64,000 nt of DNA from positions 1 to 64,000 of the forward strand of contig JBFJHJ010000003.1 of the NCBI GenBank assembly GCA_041613315.1, read 5' to 3'. The notes beneath the pieces were generated by a model. The model had not been told where the DNA came from. It saw nothing but the letters and a program-made list of their open reading frames with translations, and did not search any database. Made by a program: the position numbers and the translations under genes. The DNA comes from Gemmatimonadales bacterium (GTDB lineage Bacteria > Gemmatimonadota > Gemmatimonadetes > Gemmatimonadales > GWC2-71-9). Shown here piece by piece: positions 1 through 9,011 of the stretch (positions are counted from its first letter, which is position 1; the number at the start of each line of letters is the position of its first letter).

Positions 1-594
1 CGTCCCGGTGGTCCCTTTGCATCCCCGGAATGGGAGGCGGTCGACCAGGCCGCGGACGGCTTGGGCGTCCAAAAGGAAGTCATGGAGCCAGAGGGTGGCG
101 CGCTTGCCCACCGTCGTCAGCTGTGCGGGCTGGAAGTGCGTGTACGCCACCGTGGGTTCCGCGCGGTGGCGGAGCGCGAAGCTGCGCAGTCCGCGGATCA
201 CCGCGGTCAACCGGCCGAGGAGGAGCCGAAGCCCTTCGCGCATCACCACCAGGTCCGCGTTATCGCTGACGTAGGCGCTCGTGGCGCCCAGATGGAGAAA
301 GGCCCGGGCCGCCGGCGCCTGGTCACCCAGATGGTGAATGTGGGCCATGACGTCGTGCCGCACGCGTTGCTCGTAGCGACGCACCGCATCGAGGTCGGCA
401 TCATCGAGGTGGGCGCCGAGCTGGGCGATCGCCTCCTCGGGAATGGCGACGCCGAGGCGTCGCTGCTCGTCCGCCAGGGCGAGCCACAACCGGCGCCACA
501 CGCCGGCGCGATGCTCGGCGCTCCAGAGCCGCTGCATGGCCGGCGAGGCGTAGCGAACGCCGAGGGGCGACTCGTACCGGCTGGGTGTCGTCAT
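1..594 (-). CDS. purB: Adenylosuccinate lyase (5' part; runs off the window start)
   Basis: Absent from the ORF track. Manual translation from ATG 594 gives MTTPSRYESPLGVRYASPAM...RHDVMAHIHH...FLHLGATSAYVSDNADL, which contains the ADSL motifs RHDVMAH and HxGATS. ATGA overlap with the degP stop. Confidence 0.92.
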   Translation of the reverse strand, partial: MTTPSRYESPLGVRYASPAMQRLWSAEHRAGVWRRLWLALADEQRRLGVAIPEEAIAQLGAHLDDADLDAVRRYEQRVRHDVMAHIHHLGDQAPAARAFLHLGATSAYVSDNADLVVMREGLRLLLGRLTAVIRGLRSFALRHRAEPTVAYTHFQPAQLTTVGKRATLWLHDFLLDAQAVRGLVDRLPFRGCKGTTGT

Positions 595-2042
595 CGCCGG
601 ACGTAGAAGTCGGTGTACCCGAGCCCGCCACCACGCTCGAAATACAACCGGACCGGGGCCTGCCCGCTGGCCGCACCGAGCGCCCGGCGGGCGTCCTCCG
701 CGGTGGCGATGGCCTCGCGGTTGATCTGCAGAATGACGTCGCCCTGTCGCAGGCCGGTGGCGCGCACGGCATCGCCGACCTCGTAGATCAGCGCTCCGCG
801 CACGCTCTGGATCCCCCGCTCCTGGCGGATCGCCGGGGTGACGGTCACGAGCCGCATGTTTCCGAGGACTGCCACCTTTTCCGCGCGGCTGGTCGGGAGC
901 TCCTGCACGCTGAGCCGCACGCGCCGGGTTTCGCCGCCGCGCTGGAGCACGACGTCCAGCGCATCGCCTGGGCCGATGTCCAGCTTCACCGCCTCCCAGT
1001 CCAGGAAGGTCCGGAGGCGCTGACTCCCCGCCGAGACGAGGACGTCACCGGTGCGGATACCGGCACGCGCCGCCGGGCCGTCAGGTGCCACCTCGGCCAC
1101 CTCGAGCCCACCCGTCCGCTTCCAATCGCGGAGGCGTTCGGTGCCGGCCACATCGAGTCCCACCCACGCCCGTCGCACCGCACCGTGGCGCCGCAGCTCA
1201 TCAGCCACGCGCAGGGCCCGCTCGATCGGGATGGCGAACCCGATGCCCACCGAGCCGCCGCCTTGGGAAAAGATGAAGCTGTTGACGCCCACGACCTCGC
1301 CCAGAGCGTTGACCAGCGGGCCGCCGCTGTTGCCGGGGTTGATCGCGGCATCGGTCTGAATCATGCGCACGTAGACGCCGCCCTGGTTGCCGGTGGGCAG
1401 GATGTTACGGCCGACGGCGCTGACGACGCCGGCCGAGACCGACGGCTCCGCATTGCCGAGGAGGTACCCATAGGGGTTGCCGATCGCCACCACCCATTCG
1501 CCGATCATGAGATCGGCGCTCGTGCCGATGGGTGCGACCGGAAGCTGCCGGCCCGCAATCTGGAGGATGGCGATGTCCGTGAGGGGATCTTCGCCGAGCA
1601 GTGTGGCATCGTGGTCGGTTCCATCCCGTGTCGTCACGACGATCTGCTCCGCGCCCGCCGTCACGTGCTGGTTCGTGATGACGACGCCGTCGGAGGACAC
1701 CACGAACCCGGATCCCATGCCCTGCACGAGCCGCTCGGACCCGCGCGGCAGGAGGAAGAAATCCCACACGCTCTCGGACCCGCGGCGTTCCCGCCGCACC
1801 ACGTTCACGCTGACGACGGCGGGCGCCGCCCGGGCCGCCGCCTCGACGATCGCCGAATGCCGCCGGTCGTCGAGCGTCTCCGCCAACCGCGCCCGTTCTG
1901 CCGCCGCCGGCACGCGGTCCTGTGGCACCGGAAGGGCTGCCACGGTATCCGGGGGTTGTGCGGCGCGGGCCTGGGACGACGCGTCCCGGCCGCAACCCGG
2001 CGGCGTAATGACCACCACCAGGAAGAGGAGAGCGTGCCTCAA
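591..2042 (-). CDS. DegP/HtrA-family trypsin-like serine protease with two PDZ domains
   Basis: C-terminal half of the 990-aa ORF. Catalytic motifs TNQHV, DIAIL and QTDAAINPGNSGGPL. TTG start at 2042 overlaps the transaldolase stop (TTGA) and gives a signal peptide (MRHALLFLVVVITPPGC). Confidence 0.92.
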   Translation of the reverse strand: MRHALLFLVVVITPPGCGRDASSQARAAQPPDTVAALPVPQDRVPAAAERARLAETLDDRRHSAIVEAAARAAPAVVSVNVVRRERRGSESVWDFFLLPRGSERLVQGMGSGFVVSSDGVVITNQHVTAGAEQIVVTTRDGTDHDATLLGEDPLTDIAILQIAGRQLPVAPIGTSADLMIGEWVVAIGNPYGYLLGNAEPSVSAGVVSAVGRNILPTGNQGGVYVRMIQTDAAINPGNSGGPLVNALGEVVGVNSFIFSQGGGSVGIGFAIPIERALRVADELRRHGAVRRAWVGLDVAGTERLRDWKRTGGLEVAEVAPDGPAARAGIRTGDVLVSAGSQRLRTFLDWEAVKLDIGPGDALDVVLQRGGETRRVRLSVQELPTSRAEKVAVLGNMRLVTVTPAIRQERGIQSVRGALIYEVGDAVRATGLRQGDVILQINREAIATAEDARRALGAASGQAPVRLYFERGGGLGYTDFYVRR

Positions 2043-2707
2043 GCGTTGACCTTCGTGCGGTCGGTGAGCGCCCGCCAATCGCTCAGGAACTGCTCGAGCC
2101 CGCGGTCGGTGAGGGGGTGAACGAGCAGCTTCTTGAGCACCGCCGTCGGCATCGTCGCGACCTCGGCACCCGCCAGGGCGGCCTCCACCACGTGCCGCGG
2201 ATGGCGGATCGACGCCACGAGGATCTGCGTTTCGAACGGGTAGTTGTCGAAGATGGCCCGTGTCTCGCGCACCACATCCATCCCCTCGTGCCCGATGTCG
2301 TCGAGCCGCCCGATGAACGGAGACACGTATGCGGCACCGGCCTTGGCGGCGATCAGGCACTGCGCGGGGGTGAAGCACAACGTGACATTGGTCCGGATGC
2401 CGTCGGCCGCGAGCCGCCGGACCGCGACCATCCCGGCCTCGAGCATCGGGATCTTCACGACGATGTTGTCCGCCAGCTGTGCCAGCGCGCAGCCCTCGCG
2501 ATACATCCCGTCGACGTCCACGGCGACGACCTCGGCGCTTACCGGTCCGTCGACCAGGGAGCAGATCTCTTTCAACACGTCCGTCGGATCCACGTCGCCG
2601 GCGTGGCGTGAGAGCAGCGTGGGATTCGTCGTGATGCCGTCGATCAGGCCGGCCTGGGCGGCCCAGCGGATGTCGCGGAGGTCGGCCGTGTCGAGAAAGA
2701 ATTTCAT
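2039..2707 (-). CDS. Transaldolase / fructose-6-phosphate aldolase family
   Basis: MKFFLDTA, GITTNPTL, VVKIP, NVTLCF, YVSPFIGRLDD motifs. Confidence 0.93.
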   Translation of the reverse strand: MKFFLDTADLRDIRWAAQAGLIDGITTNPTLLSRHAGDVDPTDVLKEICSLVDGPVSAEVVAVDVDGMYREGCALAQLADNIVVKIPMLEAGMVAVRRLAADGIRTNVTLCFTPAQCLIAAKAGAAYVSPFIGRLDDIGHEGMDVVRETRAIFDNYPFETQILVASIRHPRHVVEAALAGAEVATMPTAVLKKLLVHPLTDRGLEQFLSDWRALTDRTKVNA

Positions 2708-3480
2708 CGCTCGTAGCCCTCGTCGAGTTGGGGGTAGCGCGCACCCACGAAATAGAGGCCCTGAGGCGGCGCCGGGGGGCTCGCGTCTTGGTTGCGCCCG
2801 CTCCGGAACAGCACGGCAATGTCGTCCGGTGGCCGGCGGTCGCGACCGACGTCCACCATCGTCCCGACCAGAAACCGGACCATCCGGTGCAAGAACCGGT
2901 CGGCCTCAATAGTGAAAATAAAACCTTCTCCTCCGGGGCGCGCCTCCCATTCGGACACGGTGACGCGGCACCGATAGTGCGCTTTCCGCTGCCCCGCAGC
3001 GGAGAACGCCCGGAAATCGTGCTCGCCGAGATACAGCCGTGCGGTCTCGTGGAGCGCCGCCGCGTCGAGCGCGGTCCCGAGGGCCCATTCGTAAGGATGG
3101 CGAAACGGGGAATGCGCCGCCGGGTCGCACCCGACGACGTACCGATAGCGCCGGGCGGTTGCGTGCCGCCGCGCGTTGAACCCCGGCGGGGCATGCCCGA
3201 GGCGCGACACCCACAGGTCCGGCGGACGCAGAGCGCGGAGCGCCCGGAGCAGCGCGCGCGGCTCCCAGGTGGCCGGTGCACGAAAGCTGACCACCTGCCC
3301 GAGCGCATGGACGCCCGCGTCGGTGCGACCGGCGGCGTGGGTGACCACCCGTCGGCCCATGAGGCGCTCCAGGACGGCCTCGAGCTCCCCCTGGACGGTT
3401 CGATGCCTTGGTTGGGTTTGCCAGCCCGCGAAATCGCGGCCGCAGTAGTGGAGGACGAGGAAGAAGGAGGCCTCCGGCAT
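2704..3480 (-). CDS. truA: tRNA pseudouridine(38-40) synthase
   Basis: FAGWQTQ, AGRTDAGVHA, GEHDFRAF, FLHRMVR motifs. ATG 3480 chosen because a promoter lies directly upstream. Confidence 0.95.
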   Translation of the reverse strand: MPEASFFLVLHYCGRDFAGWQTQPRHRTVQGELEAVLERLMGRRVVTHAAGRTDAGVHALGQVVSFRAPATWEPRALLRALRALRPPDLWVSRLGHAPPGFNARRHATARRYRYVVGCDPAAHSPFRHPYEWALGTALDAAALHETARLYLGEHDFRAFSAAGQRKAHYRCRVTVSEWEARPGGEGFIFTIEADRFLHRMVRFLVGTMVDVGRDRRPPDDIAVLFRSGRNQDASPPAPPQGLYFVGARYPQLDEGYER

Positions 3481-3488
3481 GCGCGGCA

Positions 3489-3517
3489 AAGATAGAGCTG
3501 GTCTCGCCTAGCGGCAA
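3489..3517 (-). promoter_or_regulatory. Sigma70-type promoter for truA (near-leaderless)
   Basis: Minus strand TTGCCG-N17-TATCTT, 8 nt before ATG 3480. Confidence 0.55.
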
Positions 3518-3580
3518 GCGCACCAACGACTTGGCCAATTGACAAATCTCGGGCCCCGGCCAAAGCTACGAGCCGCCCCG

Positions 3581-4636
3581 ATGACGTCGCCCACCGCCTC
3601 TCCGCCCGTGCGCCGTGCGCTCGAATCCCTCGCCCGAGGGGAGCGTCCCGGCGAACGCCTGACGGCCGAGGCCTTCGGCCAGGTCATGTGCGGCGAAGCC
3701 GAGCCTGCGGAGGTGGCCGGCCTCCTGATGGGACTGCGAATCCTGGGCGAGGGCGCCGACGAGTTGACTGGCGCCGTGCGGGCGCTCAGGGAGGCTATGG
3801 TCCGGGTGGAGGTGCCCGACCGTTCACGCCTGGTGGATACCTGTGGGACGGGCGGCGGCGCCGTCCCGACGTTCAATATCTCGACGGCAGCAGCGATCGT
3901 GGCAGCGGCCGCCGGCGCTACCGTCGCGAAACACGGCAACCGGTCGTACACATCGAAGTGCGGGTCGGCCGACGTGTTCGAAGCCATGGGCGTCGCGATC
4001 ACCGTCGACGCCGCCCGTGCCGCGCGACTGCTGGCCGGCCCGCGCCTGGTCTTCCTCTTCGCACCGGCCTTCCACCCGGCGATGCGCCACGTCGCCCCGG
4101 TGCGCCGTGCCCTCGGCGTCCCGACGATCATGAACGTCATCGGACCGCTCGCGAACCCGGCCGGCGTCTCCCGCCAGCTCCTGGGCGTCGCCGACCCGGA
4201 ACTGGCGCCGGCCATGGCGGAGGTGCTGGTGCGCCTCGGCGCCGAGCATGGTTTGATCGTCCACGGAGTCGCGGGATTGGACGAAATCGCGCCCGCCGGT
4301 CCCACGCGGGCGTGGGAGGTGCGCCACGGGACGGTGCGAGCTTTCGCGATCGACCCTGGCAGCTACAGCCTGGCACAGGGGGACCTGAGCGCGCTGGCCG
4401 GTGGCTCACCCGCCGAGAACGGGCGGCGAATCGAGCGGCTGCTCGAAGCGCCGGCGAGGGACCCGGTCGGCCGCGCCGCCGTGGGGCTGAATGCGGGCGC
4501 CGCGCTGTACGTGGCCGGGGTGGCGGGGACGATCGATGAGGGAGTTGAGCGCGCCATCGCAACGCTCGAAGACGGCGCGGCGGCGCGCGTGCTCGCCGCG
4601 CTCCGCGAGGAGGCGCCGGTCAGTACCTCCGAATGA
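3581..4636 (+). CDS. trpD: Anthranilate phosphoribosyltransferase
   Basis: DTCGTGG, FNIST, KHGNRS, GSAD, FAPAFHPAM, GLDEI motifs. Confidence 0.96.
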   Translation: MTSPTASPPVRRALESLARGERPGERLTAEAFGQVMCGEAEPAEVAGLLMGLRILGEGADELTGAVRALREAMVRVEVPDRSRLVDTCGTGGGAVPTFNISTAAAIVAAAAGATVAKHGNRSYTSKCGSADVFEAMGVAITVDAARAARLLAGPRLVFLFAPAFHPAMRHVAPVRRALGVPTIMNVIGPLANPAGVSRQLLGVADPELAPAMAEVLVRLGAEHGLIVHGVAGLDEIAPAGPTRAWEVRHGTVRAFAIDPGSYSLAQGDLSALAGGSPAENGRRIERLLEAPARDPVGRAAVGLNAGAALYVAGVAGTIDEGVERAIATLEDGAAARVLAALREEAPVSTSE

Positions 4637-5228
4637 CGCCCACAACGACTCCCTGGATCATCAGGTTGTCCTCGTGGACGCGAATCGGGCTCACCGCCTC
4701 GTTGGACGGCTGGAGCCGAACCCAGCCGTCGGCTTCGCGGTAGACCCGCTTGACGGTCGCCGATGTCCCGTCCACCAGTGCGATGACCATCGCGCCGTTG
4801 TCGGCAGTCTCGCGACCGTGCACGACCACCAGGTCCCCATCGGCAATGTGCTCGTCGATCATGGACTCGCCCGCGACCCGGAGCACGTAGCAGTTGCCGC
4901 GGCGGGGGAGGAGGTCGTTCGGAACGGCGATCGTCTCCGGCGTCGGGACCGCCTCGATCGGCTGCCCCGCGGCCACCTGGCCAAGCAGGGGGAGTTCGGT
5001 CGCGCCGGCCTGGCCCGGCGCGGGCACCACCACGATGGACCGGCTCTCGTTGTGCCCGCGGCGGATGTAGCCCTTGCGCTCGAGGTTCGTGAGGTGCTCG
5101 TGGACCGTCGCCAGCGAGCGGAACGTGAAATGCTCGGCGATCTCCTCGAATGACGGGGCGTAACCTTGCGTTTGGATATAGCTTTGCAGGTAGTCGAGCA
5201 CCTGCTTCTGACGGCGGGTGAGGGGCAT
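4620..5228 (-). CDS. lexA: SOS transcriptional repressor LexA
   Basis: MPLTRRQKQVLDY...PSFEEIAEHF winged helix; VAAG cleavage site; GESM catalytic Ser; TVKR catalytic Lys. Confidence 0.96.
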   Translation of the reverse strand: MPLTRRQKQVLDYLQSYIQTQGYAPSFEEIAEHFTFRSLATVHEHLTNLERKGYIRRGHNESRSIVVVPAPGQAGATELPLLGQVAAGQPIEAVPTPETIAVPNDLLPRRGNCYVLRVAGESMIDEHIADGDLVVVHGRETADNGAMVIALVDGTSATVKRVYREADGWVRLQPSNEAVSPIRVHEDNLMIQGVVVGVIRRY

Positions 5229-5253
5229 GAGAGGGCTCCGGGTAAAACCGAGA

Positions 5254-5301
5254 CCGAACGAAGTCCGAAGCGAATATACCCGAACACACACCGAAGCGCA
5301 A
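5254..5301 (-). promoter_or_regulatory. lexA promoter overlapped by two direct-repeat operators (candidate SOS boxes)
   Basis: Minus strand TTGCGC(5301-5296)-N17-TATATT(5278-5273). Plus strand CCGAAC-N5-CCGAAG at 5254-5270 and 5280-5296. Confidence 0.7.
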
Positions 5302-5306
5302 CGCCC

Positions 5307-6107
5307 GTGGGTGGAATCGCGACCCTGACCGACATCTTGGACGTGGCTCGTCGCCGGGCCGCGGCCCTTCGGGGCCACCGCCGCGAGCTCGAAGCGGCCG
5401 CGGCGGCGGCCCCGCTGCCCCCCCCGTGGTCGGCGGCGTTGAGCGGCCACAACGTGGCGGTGATTGCGGAGGTCAAGCGGCGCTCACCGTCGGCGGGCCG
5501 GATCGCGTCGGCCCTCGATCCGGGGGCGCTCGCCCGGGCCTACGCGGCGGGTGGCGCGGCGGCCGTGTCGGTCCTCACCGAAGAGCCGCACTTCGGGGGG
5601 TCATTGGCGGACTTGGAGGAAGTACGCCGCGCGGTGAGCATCCCGGTCTTGCGCAAGGACTTCCTCCTCGCACCGGAGCAGGTCTACGAGTCCCGGGCCC
5701 GGGGTGCGAGTGCGGTGTTGCTCATCGTGCGAGCCCTGGATCGGGACCAGTTCCTCGAGCTCGCGGCGCTCGCCGCGGCGCTGGGGCTGGGCTGCCTCGT
5801 GGAGGTGCACACGAGCGAGGAGCTGGAGACGGCGCTCGAAGCGCGACCCGAGTGCGTCGGTGTCAACAGTCGTGATCTTGATACCTATGCGGTCGATGTG
5901 GAGGGGGCGCTCCACCTGCTGAGCGGTATTCCGCGCGAGATCGTCGCAATAGCGGAGAGCGGGCTGCTCCACCGGGCCGACGTGGAGCGAGCGGCGGCCC
6001 ACGGGGCCGACGCGGTGTTGGTGGGGACGGCGCTATCGGGCGCGCCGGACCCGGAGGCTGCCGTGCGGGCGTTGGGCGGGATCTCGCGCCAGGGACGCTC
6101 GCGTTGA
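5307..6107 (+). CDS. trpC: Indole-3-glycerol-phosphate synthase
   Basis: [44 protein letters not shown] motifs. GTG start at 5307 is approximate. Confidence 0.95.
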   Translation: MGGIATLTDILDVARRRAAALRGHRRELEAAAAAAPLPPPWSAALSGHNVAVIAEVKRRSPSAGRIASALDPGALARAYAAGGAAAVSVLTEEPHFGGSLADLEEVRRAVSIPVLRKDFLLAPEQVYESRARGASAVLLIVRALDRDQFLELAALAAALGLGCLVEVHTSEELETALEARPECVGVNSRDLDTYAVDVEGALHLLSGIPREIVAIAESGLLHRADVERAAAHGADAVLVGTALSGAPDPEAAVRALGGISRQGRSR

Positions 6108-7324
6108 ACGAGTCCACGGCGGTGCGCCGCACGGCTCCGGCACCGAGTGCCCCGGGCCGGTTCGGACCGTACGGGGGACGCTATGTTCCCGAGACACTGA
6201 TTGCGGCGCTGGACGAGCTGGTGCGCGTGTGGGACGACGCCTGTCGCGATGACGTGTTCCGCCGCGAGCTCGACGGGCTCCTCGCCACGTATGTTGGGCG
6301 CCCCACGCCGCTGTCGGACGCGCCGCGGCTGTCCGAGACGGTCGGTTGCCGCGTGTTGCTCAAGCGCGAGGACCTGGCGCACACCGGTGCCCACAAGATC
6401 AACAACACGTTGGGACAGGTGCTGCTGGCACGGCGCATGGGGAAGCGACGCATCATCGCCGAGACCGGCGCCGGGCAGCACGGTGTGGCCACGGCAACGG
6501 CGTGCGCCCGATTCGGGCTCGACTGCGTCGTGTACATGGGCGAAGAGGACATGGCGCGCCAGCGGCTCAACGTGTTCCGCATGGAGGTCCTGGGGGCCAC
6601 CGTGGTGCCGGTGACGTCGGGGACGCGGACGCTCAAGGACGCGACGACCGAGGCGCTGCGCGATTGGGTCACGAACGTCACGACGACACATTACATCGTG
6701 GGTTCCGTGGTCGGTCCCGACCCGTTCCCGCGGCTGGTGCGCGATCTTCAGAGCGTGATCGGGCGTGAGACGCGGATGCAAGTGCTGGAACGGCTGGGCC
6801 GGCTGCCTACCACGGTCGTCGCGTGCGTCGGGGGCGGCTCCAATGCGATCGGGATGTACTACGGTTTTCTGGACGACGCGAGCGTGGAGCTCGTGGGCGT
6901 GGAGGCCGCCGGCGCCGGGATCGCGACCGGCAAGCATGCGGCGTCGTTGGCGGTGGGGCAGCCCGGGGTGTTGCACGGCGCGTTGAGCTATCTGCTGCAG
7001 GACGCCGACGGGCAGGTGCATCCGGCGCACTCCATCTCGGCGGGACTCGACTATCCGGGCGTCGGCCCGGAGCACGCGTACTTGCGCGACACCGGCCGGG
7101 TGTCGTATTACAGCGTGACCGACCGACAGGCACTCGACGCCTTCTTCACGCTCGGTCGGGTGGAGGGCATCCTGCCGGCACTCGAAAGCGCGCATGCGGT
7201 GGCCTGGGTGCTCGACCAGCGAAGCCGCTGGAGCGCGGCGGACGTTGTCGTGCTGAACGTGAGCGGCCGGGGCGATAAGGACGTCGCGCACGTCGCGGCG
7301 GCGACCGGAGCAACCGGCGCGTGA
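6104..7324 (+). CDS. trpB: Tryptophan synthase beta chain
   Basis: [20 protein letters not shown] (PLP Lys), [28 protein letters not shown]. Confidence 0.98.
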   Translation: MNESTAVRRTAPAPSAPGRFGPYGGRYVPETLIAALDELVRVWDDACRDDVFRRELDGLLATYVGRPTPLSDAPRLSETVGCRVLLKREDLAHTGAHKINNTLGQVLLARRMGKRRIIAETGAGQHGVATATACARFGLDCVVYMGEEDMARQRLNVFRMEVLGATVVPVTSGTRTLKDATTEALRDWVTNVTTTHYIVGSVVGPDPFPRLVRDLQSVIGRETRMQVLERLGRLPTTVVACVGGGSNAIGMYYGFLDDASVELVGVEAAGAGIATGKHAASLAVGQPGVLHGALSYLLQDADGQVHPAHSISAGLDYPGVGPEHAYLRDTGRVSYYSVTDRQALDAFFTLGRVEGILPALESAHAVAWVLDQRSRWSAADVVVLNVSGRGDKDVAHVAAATGATGA

Positions 7325-9009
7325 CAGAGTCGACGACCCAGGATCAAGAGCAGGTACTCGGGGTCGCGGCCGTCGAGGCCCTCATGCAGGTGCTGGGGAA
7401 GGGCCTGCGCGCCGTCCAGCTGTACCTGCCGAACAATCCCGTCTATCAGAAAGCCCTCGAGAACATCCGGCTCGCCTTCGAGGCCGTGTGGGAGTACTGC
7501 GACGAGCTCGAGCTCGTCGTGACCGAGACGGAGTTCCATTGGGAGGGCGTCCCGGTGCTCGCGCAGTCGAATAAATCGGAGTCGCTCGCGTGGGTGTTGT
7601 ACAAGGACGGCGTGCGGTTCCTCGCGCTGCGCCGCGGCGTCGAGGAGCACGAGATCGTCCAGTTCCTGAAGGCGATTCAGAAAGCTCGCACGCTGCCCGC
7701 CGACGCTGAGGACGACCTGCTCACGCTCCTCTGGGAGCAGCAGTTCGAGCTCATCCGGCACGATTTCATCGAGCTGGCGATGGACGAGGCAGCGCCGCTC
7801 TCCGAAGCCGCGGAGCAGGCACCGCCGCCCAGCCCGGCGGTCGTGCGGCAGGCTGTGGAGGAGGAAGCGGAAGAGCAGCAGGCGGCTGGCGTCGTGAGTA
7901 TAGAGGAGTTCGACGCGACGCCGTACTTCCTAGACGAATCCGAAATCAACTATCTGAAGAACGAGATCGAGCGGGAATACCAGCAAGATCTGCGCGGCAA
8001 CATTCTCGCGATGCTGTTCGATCTGTTGGAGCTACAGACCTACAGCACCGTCCGCGCGGAGTTGATCGACATTCTTCAGAATTTCATTCCCTATCTGCTG
8101 GCGGTGGGGGACTTTCACGCTGTCGCCTCCGTCCTGCACGAGCTCCGCATCGTGCTGCAGCGTGGCCGGGAGTTCCTGCCCGAGCATCGCCGCATCCTGG
8201 AGGATCTGCCGGGACGGCTGTCGCAGCCGGACCCCCTGTCCCAGCTCCTCCAGTCGCTCGACGAGGCGGTGGCGCACCCGTCGGAAACGGACCTCGTGGA
8301 GCTGTTCCGGGAGCTGCGACCGGAGGCCATGGAGACGGTGCTGGCGTGGCTGCCCCGGCTGACGACGGAGCGCGTGAAGAACCTGCTCGAGCAGGCGGCG
8401 CAGCGGCTGGCGCAGGCGAATCCCGAGCGGATTGCGAAAGCGCTCGAGACCGAAGACGAGAACGTGCTGCTCGAGACGATCCGGCTCGCCGGCCGCCTAA
8501 AGCTGCCGCCCGTCGTGCCGTCGCTCGGGGAGCTCGTGCGGCGCCGGGGGCCGGAGATCCGTCGAGCCGCCGTTGAAGCGCTCGCCGCCATCGGGAGCCC
8601 GCTCGCGATGAAGGAGCTCGAGATGGCGCTGGACGACAAGGATCGCGACGTGCGGATCTCGGCCGCGCGGACGCTGGGGGCCCGTGGGAATCGCAATGCG
8701 CTGGGGAAGATCGAGGCGGCGGTGCTGGGCAAGGCACTGCGGAGCGCCGACCTCAGCGAAAAGACCACGTTCTTCGAGGCCTATGGCCTGCTCGTCGGCC
8801 CTCCGGGCATCGAACACTTGACCGCCATGCTGGAGACGAAGGGGTTCCTGCGGCGGAAAGAGGACCCACAGGTGCGCGCCTGCTCCGCCATGGCGCTCGG
8901 CAAGATCGGGACCCCGGACGCCAAGGCCGCCCTCAAGGCCGCGCTGTCGGGCGAGAAGGATCCCCTGGTGCGTAACGCGATCAACAAGGCGATGCGGGAG
9001 ATCACCTGA
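7321..9009 (+). CDS. HEAT-repeat protein with an uncharacterised N-terminal domain
   Basis: C-terminal HEAT/PBS-like repeats ([47 protein letters not shown]). GTGA overlap with trpB. Confidence 0.85.
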   Translation: MTESTTQDQEQVLGVAAVEALMQVLGKGLRAVQLYLPNNPVYQKALENIRLAFEAVWEYCDELELVVTETEFHWEGVPVLAQSNKSESLAWVLYKDGVRFLALRRGVEEHEIVQFLKAIQKARTLPADAEDDLLTLLWEQQFELIRHDFIELAMDEAAPLSEAAEQAPPPSPAVVRQAVEEEAEEQQAAGVVSIEEFDATPYFLDESEINYLKNEIEREYQQDLRGNILAMLFDLLELQTYSTVRAELIDILQNFIPYLLAVGDFHAVASVLHELRIVLQRGREFLPEHRRILEDLPGRLSQPDPLSQLLQSLDEAVAHPSETDLVELFRELRPEAMETVLAWLPRLTTERVKNLLEQAAQRLAQANPERIAKALETEDENVLLETIRLAGRLKLPPVVPSLGELVRRRGPEIRRAAVEALAAIGSPLAMKELEMALDDKDRDVRISAARTLGARGNRNALGKIEAAVLGKALRSADLSEKTTFFEAYGLLVGPPGIEHLTAMLETKGFLRRKEDPQVRACSAMALGKIGTPDAKAALKAALSGEKDPLVRNAINKAMREIT

Positions 9010-9011
9010 CG

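Noticed and set aside
591..3563. 990-aa ORF as one protein
   Set aside because: Only the last 483 aa are DegP. The upstream part is an off-frame read through truA and the transaldolase gene.
3539..3567. trpD promoter TTGACA-N17-AAAGCT, or a trp attenuator
   Set aside because: The -10 is weak, and no Trp-codon leader peptide or terminator is visible in the 100-bp gap.
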